64,000 nucleotides of DNA, taken from assembly GCA_040954595.2 (NCBI GenBank), contig CM082584.2, positions 6,591,919-6,655,918 on the forward strand, given 5' to 3'. This document shows, piece after piece, positions 28,001 to 41,000 of this stretch. This DNA comes from Balanoglossus misakiensis (Eukaryota; Animalia; Hemichordata). The stretch's first letter is position 1. Each line of letters begins with the position of its first letter. The translations under genes were made by a program, and so were the position numbers. The notes beneath the pieces are model-generated. The model did no database searches and was not told where the DNA came from. It saw only the letters and a list, made by a program, of their open reading frames with translations.

Positions 28001-28848
28001 CCGTGGGAACACGTCCCCTGAAAACCATAACTAATCCGCCATGCATTTGGCCACACAAAAATATATTTAACAACCTACGTTTTCATTACTTGGAAAAAAA
28101 AGGAAAAATAAAAACGGACTATTTTTATTTTAAAAAGTGCACGATAACAATGACCTCATTGACATATTATAGTTGTGTACACTTCATGTTAGTCACACAT
28201 GTTGATCCACCACGAAACAAAACTTCTTTTTTTCGAAACTATTTTTAAAGGTGAGTGACATGCATTACATGTCTGCAGTTTCTTGTTTGTCTGTTTGTTT
28301 TTTTAAGTCTAAAACGACTCACCCTGCCAATGTATTCTAGCTACAAGATAGCAAAAAAGACATTAAAAGTAGAGGAGAAGATATTGTCAAAACGGGGAAA
28401 AAGTTATGAGGCATGGGATTAGTATAGTAAGATAGAGAGAAAGAGAGAGAAAGTTAGAAAGAGAATTGACAGCTGGGACTCTTTGGGGGAAGGGTTCTTT
28501 GTTAGTTATATGGAACATATACTATACAATCTAATGTTATTTTATTTATTACTAACAATACAACATTAGCAGTTCTTTTTCTATTAATCGCAGGTATATG
28601 CATGAAAATAAAAATAAAACTCTGTCGCGTTGTCCAGCAACATTTTTACTGAAAAGCAAGGTCAATTAGTGCATGTTTCTATTGTTTTACGAATCATGTA
28701 CTTCTTGAAATAGAAGGTTGGTGTGATGACAAGCTTTATGAAAGATATAAATTATGAAACATAGACTGGTAACCGTCTAAGGGTCATGATGTAGCCTGAA
28801 ATTATATCGTCATCATCATCATCATCATCGTCGTCGTCGTCGTCGTCG

Positions 28849-28879
<31 letters not shown>

Positions 28880-28957
28880 TGTTGTCATTGTCAACAACAA
28901 CAACATCATCATCATCATCATCATCATCATTGTTGTCATGGTCAACAATAACAATAA

Positions 28958-28989
<32 letters not shown>

Positions 28990-29017
28990 CCACCACCACC
29001 ACCACCATCATCATCTG

Positions 29018-29048
<31 letters not shown>

Positions 29049-32000
29049 CCACCACCATCATCATCTGATCGTCAACATCATCATCATCATCATCATCATC
29101 ATTGTTGTCATCGTCAACAACAACAACATCATCATCATGATTATCCTCATCCTCGTCATCGTCAATGTTGCCATCATCGTCAGACAGGCAAAATGCCAAA
29201 CACATCAACTCTCATCATCCTTAGTTACTGCAACTCAGCAAATTCGACATAATGGCCCTGCCGGCTCAATCTCTGATTGACGTCACCGCGGAGTGTGAGC
29301 ACAATCAGTTAACAGGGTTGGCAGTAGCCTACAAAGACAGCCGATCCCCGAGGAACGCTTTTTGTTCAATCCAATTCAGAATGCGCAGACGATAACATTT
29401 TAGAGCATCAATAACGTTCTGATCACCCACTAGTAAAAACGCCATTTCTTCTGAACGCATTATTTTATCAGGCGACTACCCCTGTCGACAAACGTGAATC
29501 AAAATTACCAATGTACATTTTCATCTTACAATATATTTCTCAAATGTTGTATAATTACAAATACTCGATACGGCGAGATTTTTTACAAATAATAGTACAT
29601 GTACTTCAGAATATTAATTAGTAAATATAAATAGTAAGAATAATGCAACATATTTAGAAACATGAAATTATTAGAAATAAATAAATGTGATGGAGTCAGC
29701 TGAGATGTACTTGGAAAGTGTATTGCACTCTACCTACAATATATTACATGACTATGCTCAATGGTTTGATCACTCCTATTTAAGATTTTCATTAGGTTTG
29801 CAGAGTTCATTCAGTGTCACTATCATGTGGGGACTACTAAAAACAGCTTGGGAGAGGCCAGTCCCCATCACGACTCTTTTACATTACATAATCTATTTTT
29901 AACACAACTGAATGAAGAATTCATCAGCGCACATTATCATAGCCTAAGTCATACATACTAAAAAAAATTATGATGAAAAATTTGGGATTTTAAATTTCTT
30001 CTCTTTGTGATCTTCATTTTTCAATTACCCTACTCGTCGTGGTGTAAATCTCATCATTAGATTATCAAGCATGCTTTCTAGTTACAGCTATTTGTCCATA
30101 GTATTAAATGCATGAAATTGAACCGCACGGCTGAGAAATATTTCAGTTTGTGCCCGATGACCTCAAAGCGTCAATTTATTAATATATGATTTCCCGGTCT
30201 CGTTTCGGAGCATACAACGGGAGAGACGTCAGCTGTGTTTCTCCTTCCCAGCGGAGTCTATTCCAGTCTGTGCATCTGTCTCGCTGTTTTTGCCTGTCTG
30301 TAAAAACAAGCTTGTCTACAGTGCTCTCACAGAAATAAAAATAGGCGATTTCCTTCATTCTTCGGCAATGGCTATTTTTCGAGCGACAAAACGACTTGTA
30401 CATTCTAAAGTGTTCGTTAGACTGACAAGCACGCTGCAATGATTTCTCGGAAGGCGATGGAATAGCGTGCGCAGAATAACAAATGATAGTCAGGAAAAAA
30501 ACAACAACTTTGCTCGGTCTTTCTGTAAATTTCCCTTTTCTGTCGGTTTTGACGCAATATCTGTACAAGATTTCATTATCACAAAGCAATTAGTAACCTG
30601 CTAATTTAATTCTCAGCTGAATCATCGCTTTCCCCATGTCATGTCCAAAATTGTGCAAATCACCATTCACACTGCACTAATGTATGCCGGGACCTTTTTT
30701 TCATCCTATTCATGGTTACTTTGATGTCGCATAGTAAAACCACACTTACTCCAAAGGACAGGGCAGTTTACACTGTCAAAATAAAACTGAAACAGTATTA
30801 AAATTAGATTAATTTCCCAGGTATCCTGTATGCTATCATGTAATTGTTCACGACATGAAGATTCAGAGCAAAGTAACATTGCACACAGATGGTAACACAG
30901 CGAAAAAAACATTCCTCATATATCTGATGGAACTGTGATTCATAATTCATCTCTACCTGTGCCTGAAAGCACACAGACAGACAGATGCACAGACAGGCAC
31001 ACAATCAGAAAACGTACCCTAGGGCCACTGCTACCTTAATGTGCATGGCCTGCATTTTTACGCGAATGTCTGCTTTTGTATGTACACTACCACATACACT
31101 ATGACTAATTTCGACAGTAAATTCCATCATAATGCTTCGTCATTGAAATTAGTCGCAAAATGATACATCTGTTTTACCCTGCGATTTTAGGATGACCTGT
31201 ACCGCGATTTTAGGATGACCTGTACCGATATGTACTGTATTTCAGTTCAGCTGTACAGAAAATTTGCAGTCATTTCATCGTTTACTTTTATCAGATAGTT
31301 GGGATGTCAAGAGTACGCCAAATTCCTCAATAATCATAACTGTCTCACAGATAAACCCCTTTGCCACTTAATTAGCTCGGACATTTGTATTACTACAGCA
31401 TAACCAATGAAATAAGTTGAGGAGTATCTCGCCATGAAAATCTGATATCGGCAACTATAGCTACACATACTGTAGGTTGGCTGATGTGATGCAATTTGAG
31501 CACAGTATGCTGCAATGACGTCAAAGTGACATCCACTGGGATGAGAGAGCCCAAGGCACAAACATCCTGTCCAGTCGGTCGCAAGCATGGGTGGTATATA
31601 ATATGTCTTCATTCCAGTTTTGATTTTTTTGTAGCTACATAAAATAAAGTGAACATGTTCAGGCCGAGAAATATTAAAATCACATTAAAATAATGTCTGA
31701 CTGCACATGTGTCTACACTGACATATAAACCATTAAAATTACAGCAAACCTACACAATAGTTTTATGGGGATAACACACAAGTCACAGGAGAGGCAAGCT
31801 TAGTATATTAAGTATAATGCAAAAGGGTATTCAAATCCACAAGAAAATGGCATTGTTTTTAAAATTAATTTTACGTTAAGTTATAACAGAATATTGTCTC
31901 ATTATGAATTGGAATAGCTTAGAGAGGAAAGATTAAAGTCTGTTTCATAATTTGAATTCATCATCAATTATGAATTTTTGCATTTCATTATTACATTAAT

Positions 32001-35000
32001 GCTCCAGTGATAATTTCATTCAGTGTAATTTCACCTGCAATTTTTCTTTATGCTGTAATCTGTAGAGAAAATCTGTTCACCGTCTAAATCTTTGCAGTTA
32101 CAAGCTTATAATCTACAGCCCTGAAGTCTTATTAATATTTAAGTGCCAGATACTTGGAAATTGAAATTACTCATTTTCGCATCATTGGCATAATGATATA
32201 CATGAGACCTACGTCACAGCTGAAATTGACTGGACATAATCGATTTAACGGTATAAGCAAAGTGAATGTACTTTTTATTTATCCCTTATCTGTACTTAAA
32301 TCCTTCCTCTGGGTTCAGAAAAATAACCGGCGTATAAAGAAGCAACTGGAAACCTTTTAAATTTAATACAACTACATTTTTAATGAATCTGGTGTCATAA
32401 AATGTAGGACAACCTACAAGGTTTGCGGCTGATTTGGGAAGTTGAGATAGGCTATGGTAGTGGATGAAATTGAAACCAAAGATGAATATTTCATGAATTT
32501 CACAAAATGTCAAAAATGAATCCTAGTATAAAAAGAAGAAGAAGCACAACTTTTCAATTTACTTCAACATCATGATTAGCTTCCTTTACATTTCAAATGT
32601 ATGTGGAGTGAGGTGTAGTCTGCTCAAATTCAACTTCAATATCTTGGAGTATACATTTTGTAATATCCTACACCATGCACCAGCAAATTCATCTCAGTTT
32701 AATTCTAGAAGCATCTACATCTAAGTTTCTTTCAGCACACTTTCAGCAAACAGCTGACACAGCTCATTTAAGCTCTGGTACGGTACGATCAACTTGGGGG
32801 ATTCCAGCCTATTCGTTTGCAAACCTATTTTACACGGACACAGCTGTTGTTATGAGCAGCTTTAATAGAATGGATAGCAATACAAACACAAAACTGGGCA
32901 TTATTAAGTTGCTTTCTGTTGTATGAATTTAACTTCACTTTCACGAGCAGAACGCATCAAAAAGTAGTAAAAAATGTAATCTGACATCAGCGTTTCCCCC
33001 TGGAATATCTTGTGATAAATTTGGCCACTTTGCATAACAATGCAATTACATGTTATGTTAATTAGTTTTTGGCAGAATTAAAGGGTATCGCCCAATTCTC
33101 TTTAAATAGCTCTGGGAGAAACACTCAAAACATGTATATCTTAGTTGCATTCACTCACTGCTCTGGACATTAAACATATGCATTAAATAATTCAATTCCG
33201 ATATGTTGAGGAAACTGACAGTTTGGGGGAATAAAGCACAGCAAATAATGCTTCTGGCAGCCACCTAACAAAAATCCAGGGACCCAATTTCTTTCTCTTT
33301 CTTTTTTTAAGTAACGCATTTCTCTCAACACAGAGCTTTAATTTGTAACGCGTGTGGGGTGGCATTACAGTTCTTTCATCGCTTGCCAAACCCTGAAATA
33401 GCCACATACCACGAATTGCTACATGATCAATTTGTGACACACAAGAACAGCGGAGCGCGGCCAGGTCCCATTACCAAACACTGATATCGCATTCTGTACA
33501 CAGTATCCAACTCTAATACAACCCCACACGTTTCAAAAAGATACAACAGTGATTGGATTGTTCACGTTTCTCTGCAAATTTGCTGGAATGTTGCACAAAG
33601 GAAATTAGGCAACCATCTTGCCACTCTGATGCAATTTTCAATTAAAGTGTTTCTTTTTACATAATTTCACCGTTGACGATTTGCTATATTACAATTAAAT
33701 TTTGTTATAGACCTTTCCTCATTTTAGACGTTTTGTTCTACTCACTTGCGTACACGTAGGAAACACACAACTGAATCTGTTTCGAATTCACTTCTGCATC
33801 ACATTTGATTTTGTACCACCTTCAATTCAATATTTACACTCAAATCTAGAAATATTCTATGTAGACAAGGAAGATAGATTGCCTGGTACAATCTGGTACT
33901 GTCATCATCTGTTACTAAACAAACAGAAATGAATTTAAAGTATTACATTGTGCAATATATATTCATGCTTGTGGTAATCACAAAAGACTATCCATCTCCT
34001 AAATGCAAAAAAAATAAATGTTTTGATGGATTTCTGAGTCAATAGAAAACATCCATGTGTAATACATTAGATTTACTCACATGATTTATTGATATTGGTA
34101 AATATGACTTAAGGCAATTTGAACAAATGCTGCTGGAGGCAAGTTTGACAAGAGGACAATGGACTCGCTGTGGGGGGGGGGGGGAGGGGTGTGTGACTTT
34201 AATAAAGTGTGTACCACTTTGACAGCAACCAAGGCTTTTCATGAGCTGGATCACCCTCAGCAGTACTATACTAGGGCAATAAATATCTCCCAGGTTCGAA
34301 TAACAGAAGCCATTTGCATACAGGTGATTTCAGGGCTTGAAAAAGCAGCAGAATGCAAAGGTCGTTAACGGGTTTCTTTATTCATCGATCGATCGATCTA
34401 TGTTCTGTTTTTTTTTGGAGTTTGGCCAGGCAGATGGTGCGATCATGACTGATTGCGATCGCAATTAATGAGCTATTTGTTTGCAGTGTCCGCAGACGAG
34501 AGATCTGGCAAAGTCACAACTGATGATAACTCAATCTTTGAGCCCTAATCCCCCCAAACATTATGTCTACTCTGATATGATTGAAGACCTCAGAATTGAT
34601 AAATTTACATTCGGAAGTCACATGGTGCGATCATGACTGTTTGCGATCGCAATTAATGAGCTATTGTTTGCAGTGTCTACAGACAACAGATCTCGCATTA
34701 TCTCTACTCTGATATGAAACATGAAGACCTCAGAATTCATAAATTTTCACATTCAGAAGTCATGCAAGGCAATTTCAGATATTACTAAAAAAACATCAGT
34801 TGGGAAACCAGTCCACACTTTGCTCAGGATGTGATCTTCCAGAAACAATTCGTCCATTAGTTTTGAAAAATTCAATTTACATATATCTGAAGAGCTTGTC
34901 ACAGCATAGATAGCAATATGGCTCAGATGGCAGAGTCTAGAAATCTATTACAAGTCATAATATACGTACATGTATAAACACTCAGGAGGCTGCTGTATAC

Positions 35001-38000
35001 AGAACTTTGAGATAACATAGGAAACGGAAAATCAAAGCATCTATCGAGTATACAGGAAAATGCACTTAGAGAATACCGCCACAGATGTACAGGAAAAGAA
35101 ATATCTGCATAAAAAGAATTTCTGGGGCCATGCAGGTATCCTCGATTTATTTCCTAGAATCTATAAAAATTTCCTGTTCGTTATTTGCATGTAATTTGCA
35201 TAAATATGCATATATAATTTCTTTAATGCAAATTGCAATGAATATTCATTTAGGCTTCTGAATGAGCTCACCTGCTGAGGTGTCAATGTTTATAGTGTCA
35301 GAAGCAATGGAGGGGGGGGGGGGGCTTACATGAATGTATGAAACTTAAATGAAACTAAATCGTACAAAATGGACAAAAAGAAAATCTGAGAAGTCAAAAT
35401 GACTTGCAAGCAAGAACTGCAGTGTCAACGAGACAGCATTCTGCCTGCAGATCCGTCAAGCATAGTAATAGGCACTGTCTGTCTGGAAAAGCAACAAAAT
35501 TAGCATTCACAGCCGACATTATTGTACTTGACGTTTAACATCAGCTGAATGCGTAATCAGATCGGACGCTGGCTGCTGATTGGATCGCTGCGTTGCTAAT
35601 AGAGACCGGATCATGCAGGGACATCATGAAGGGGCTGGAGTTTTGCAAATTCATTAATTGAGTCTCCATTTGCCTCAGTATACGTATAAATTATACATTT
35701 TGTCAAAAAGTCAACGTTAATCAGTAAATAATGCAGCGTGCCCCCAAATAACATTTAATACACTTTGGCATCTGCAATTCAAAACCCACAGAGGAGGGGG
35801 GGGGGGGGAATGAATTTTCTTGGAAAAAAGACTGCAGACACCCAGGTTTCTTGTGAATTTTTGTTCGAGAAGGGCTTCACTCAAGCAACTGAAATATTTA
35901 CAGGATATTGCACTGTTCAGGAAAACTGTTTTACTTGTCAAAGGTGTATCATAACTATATGTCAGGTATAAAGGTCGACAGTTTATAAATAAGTTTATCA
36001 CAATTACTTGTATATTGCAACATAAGGCTGGCAATCTATATTTTCCGTTTAATAAGAATGAATCGATATCCAAGGGATGTTTATGAACCAAGTTTACAAA
36101 TTTGGTATTTTATTACATGTCAGTGCCTATTGACTGAAAATCTAGCTGTTTTCATAACTGGCGGCCATCTACCACCCACATTGGTTTCAGTCTTTATAGT
36201 TTGTGAACCAAAAACATTATTTAAATGCATATCAATGCACTGCAGCTTTTTTCAAATGCCTGGACCCAATTCAATCAATATTGCTAAGTCTTCAGAATAA
36301 TAAGTTTTTTATATCCAACATCATATGCCTTCAGTAATGGACTATAAAAAAATGAACCTATTTTAATAATACTAGATAATGAATTATAATGTTATCATTT
36401 CTGAAATTGTGATATACTAGGGGGTTATTGAGACTTGTGAGCTTCTGTACACATGTAACTCAGGATAAATTATGACATAATTTATTTATATGATTTTCGT
36501 CAGTTGCAGGTAAATACAATGAACTGTAGAGACAATTCAAAATGGCTTCAATTCTGTGTTAACTGTATGAAGAAAAATTCAACTTTTTCAAATTAAACTA
36601 ATTTTTGTGTACTAATTAAACAAGATGGTGAACACCCTGTTTTATTATCTGCTTTCTAAAGGATAGTAAAGAATTTTTTAGAGGATTGTCATTTTTTCTG
36701 AAAATCTGTCCCTGTGGTACGACTTACCTTAAGCAACATGTCTCTTTTAAAAAACAATATTCAATTTTAGAGATGATAGACACCCAGAAAATCAATATCT
36801 AAGGAAAGATTACTGTCACACTGTAATGAGGTTTATCGATTAGTTTTTGAAGACGGCCCCTGGGAATTGCAGACTTATTAAGCCGCTGCATTGACACACC
36901 TGAAGATAATGAACATCAAAGGGAAAACTCTTTCCGAATGATAACTATGGTTCAACTGTCCGCAAGCCCAGTGGAATTTGTTTAGATTTCAGAGAGAGAT
37001 ATTTCTAAGCGCTGAGGTAACAGAAATTGTGAAAATGGAATCGCAAAGGTCATCTATGATTGGTAATTAGCTTTTACGCATCAAGAGAAAATAGAAGTTG
37101 TCAAGATGTGTTAAAGCAATAAATCATCAGGTGAAGGAAAAGATGCGAACTGGCAATTTTTTAAGACTTCATTTGAATAGTTTTATTTTAAAATTCAAAT
37201 GTGTAATTGCAAGCTTTGAATATTATAATCTGATTGAAAATAGTTTTCAGTCGTCTTATCCAGGTACAAATTATTACAAATATTTCATTTTCCTATCAAG
37301 ATTCACCTACAAGTCTGCAAGCTAGTGTACACACTATTTTCAAGGGCCATTAAGGTACCGTAGTTACGTGTCTTGGGTAAAGATTTTCTGAAAAAAATGA
37401 TAGTCCCAAAACCTCTCAATTCTTTGCTAGATTATAGAGAGTGTGGAGTCATTTTGAAAATAAAGAGGAAAATTAGGTCTTCACCTACTTGTTTTCATAA
37501 AACCCACTACTTGATATTTTCTCCATAGAGTAAACAAGGTAGTGGCGGCCATTTTGAATTTTGAATTCGATCGAGACAATTCTGATCTGTGCATGGCCAC
37601 ACCTGTTTCTCTTTTCTCCATGATAGATAAACCTTCAGAATGTGCCCAGACAGCAATAACCTTTCAGACTAACTTGACATTGAACCCCAAACACCGCATC
37701 CACCTCGCTTATCTTGAATTGCCACGAAACTATAATCTCTCTCTCTGCTGTCAATTTGACGTACATATCTCCCTGAATGCATCTGAAAAGCCCCCATGCA
37801 AGTCGACACAAACACGACAGCCCTGTCAATGTCCCCTGGTCTGGCAGATTATACAACACGGCAAAACGCCAGCTTATATCCTCAGCAATTCACATCAGGT
37901 CCTAAGTACATTTCACAGTATAGTGCAGACACGTACGGACGTCATTCATAACCATTCCAAGCCAACGCACTAATCTAATCTATTCACACAACAACCACGC

Positions 38001-41000
38001 TATCACGAAATGCTACATTAAAATCTCATCACCGCTCGCCCGGATTTCTTTCTTAAATGTACAGTTCATATGTCAATGCTGGCCTTCTCTGTGGGATATG
38101 CAGGATTTTCTGTGGGTTTTTTCGTTTCATCAAAGTGAACCATTAAAATGACATCAACAACTGCCCTTTATTTACTGGCTGCAATAATGTCAAAACATGT
38201 TAGACGGAATCATTTTTACAGCTATCCAAATGTCAGTTTATACGTCACAAATACAAGCTCTCTTTTTCATCACCAAGATATTCAAAAGATAATCATTTTT
38301 GTGTGATTCAGTTAAATATACGATGGACAATGTTCTATCTAAAACAAGCTACATCCAAACATCCCAATTAATGAACCCATTCTCCTGAACCTTTGTTAAC
38401 ATTCCCGCTACGCAAGTCAGAATCTGTGGCAGCCATATATCAAGACTTGATGGAGAAGTGCTAGTCGAACAGCACAGAGAAAATTAGGCGTTGCCGCCTT
38501 CTGACCCTGTAGTTATAGGCAACACATTACTGCAGCCGTTAAAATTAAAACACAGGAAAAGCATATTGGACTGACTCTCTATGTTTTCATCTATGAATTA
38601 AATAACCCTAGACGTGGTCAAAATTTGAAATTCAAATGTAACCACAGCCAAACATGTCTACTTCCCCTGAGCATGCACAAAAATCAGTTCTGGCTGATGG
38701 ACGATTGAAACTCAAATCATGAGTATGGCCACCGGCACTCTCTATCTTTTTGCATCATTACGACATTTTATTAACCTTTAATAATGCAGCCAATGATATT
38801 TCAGACCACATGTACCACAGGGAACTTAGTAATTTTGTTATTGTTGTTGTTGTTGTTGTTGTTAAGATTGGTAATAAAATTAAAAAAAAAAATCAATGTG
38901 TCATTTCTTGATATGTTTGTCGATGTTGTAGATAACTGTAAAAAAAACCCCAACCATAATCGTGGAAAACACGACCTAGGTCGCCGAATGTCACTACCGT
39001 CTTACATACAGTGTAAGACGGTAGTGACATTCGGCGACCTAGGTCGTGTTTTCCACGATTATGGTTGGGTTTTTTTACAGTTATCTACAACATCGACAAA
39101 CATATCAAGAAATGACACATTGATTTTTTTTTAAATTTTATTACCAATCTTAACAACAACAACAACAACAACAACAATAACAATAACAAAATTACTAAGT
39201 TCCCTGTGCATGTACATCTATATGGCTGCTGGCTGTTTCATATGATATGCAATTTGCCTGGATAATATCTGCAATCACAAACATCTTGTTCGAACTCAGA
39301 AATGGCATCTGTTCGGTTTCAGTGAAATCTGTAATACACAATCTGGTTCCAAAACTCAAATATGAGACCCCATGTCAAAAATCAAAGAGGTAATGCATAT
39401 TTCAATGGAGTAAATAAGCAAAAAATATCTTCTGTGTATATATATGTACCTATAACATGTATCTATATGAAGAATGTTGCATTTTAACCACACACTGCAT
39501 TTTGCACACAATCATCTCGTCCAAAGGGATACGAGCTGTCATCGTTAGAACTCAGCTGGCATAGTCACAGTTAGCTTAAAATGTGAACTACATCTGTGTA
39601 TACTAACTATATGCATAACGTGTATATTTAATGTCACAGCAGTACATACATGTACACAAACCAGCTGCATAGAGGAGTGTCTCATTCTATATTAAATATA
39701 ATATTTCAAGAGCTGTGTACTGTAAGCCTTTGTAGTGTGTACAAGTTCACAAACAGAAAAACAGACAGCACTTTTTAAAATTTTGCAGCAAAAACATAAT
39801 GCTTTCATTTATGTGTGACAGTTGATGTCGTGCTGAAATTATAAGCCCTGTGAACTGCAACTTTTTCCATGATTTCAATTTTCAGCATGTATTTGAAGAG
39901 TTGTTTTGGTTGGAAAACTACAGAAAAGTTGCAGCTCGTGGGTCTTTAATTAAAGAAGGCTTGCAAATTTTGACATTGCTGGCATTATAAACTGTGGTTG
40001 AATCATAATAGATAAAGAGCGAGTGGCCGCAATACTCAATATTGAAGCAATTTTCTGTTCAAGGACCATGGCCCCTCGTGCTTTATCACTTCGTATATTA
40101 CTTGGCAAAACATGTTTTTTTGGTCGGGTCGACGCACTCCAATATCACAGAAAGCACCACGTAAATGACTCACGGGAAGACATATTTATTCAGTGGCGGT
40201 ATTATACTGCAGCCATGAGTGTGCGCATTACAGAAACAGTGGATATTACAGCACGTACATAAAAACCATCATGAATGCACAATTGCAAAGAAACACCGCA
40301 AGCGTATAAAAACCAAACTCCCCTGTCAGTCTTAGGTGAAGGTTCACTGACAAATGTGAGTTTACAATACAGACACTTATATGGCAAAAAAAAGCACACC
40401 ATCTCTGCGTGGAATTGCATTTTTTAGAGCTTTCTTGCAAGATTATAGCTACAAATAATCTTCTGTATTGCTACTCATACCACTGAAAAGATTACAGAGT
40501 GTCTATACAATCAGAGTGAACAAAAAAGTTTAATACCTCCTCTTTGGAAAAACATGGGTTAATTAGTATGCACAGCATTGCTATCAATGTTTTCGACCTA
40601 GACATGAGTAAAATTTGATTTAATCTTTTCCCGGTGGTAAATTAAATCTCAGAATCAAATTTAATTTGCACTGTTCCATCAGTCACTCGTACGGTAGTTC
40701 AATGACTGAGGGAATGTTGTTTTGTACTACTGAGGGTCCTTGTACAAAAGTTGGGAAGTTCCGGCCTTAATCTGCATGTATTTACATATATTTCCATATG
40801 CAAATATTGAACCCTGAACATGTGTTTCAATACTGCACAAGCAGCACTTGCGTTAAGGTATTCTGGTTGCAGGGCACACAAATCTTGCAATATATATATT
40901 CAGCACATACATTCTTGTGGCTGTAAAGTCGCCATTACAGACTAACTGAGGTTGGACTGGCCACGTACATGTATAAGTATGTTTTAACTGATGAGTATAT

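Noticed and set aside
28802-29280. Poly-M, poly-H/S/I and poly-D ORFs
   Set aside because: They are translations of the (CAT)n microsatellite.
36722-36800. Consensus donor AAG|gtaagt at 36727 suggesting another IgIII exon
   Set aside because: Nearby acceptors give 71-, 16- or 14-nt exons that shift frame or contain a stop, with no Ig-like residues.
37350-37570. Possible Kolobok-like repeat fragment (ttaaggta... ggcggccattttgaa)
   Set aside because: No matching second terminus was found, so it cannot be delimited without a repeat library.
38784-39134. 116-aa ORF, and RAG/Transib identity for the CACAG-ended palindrome
   Set aside because: The ORF is just read-through of the palindrome. The target duplication is 7 bp, not the 5 bp of Transib/RAG-like elements.
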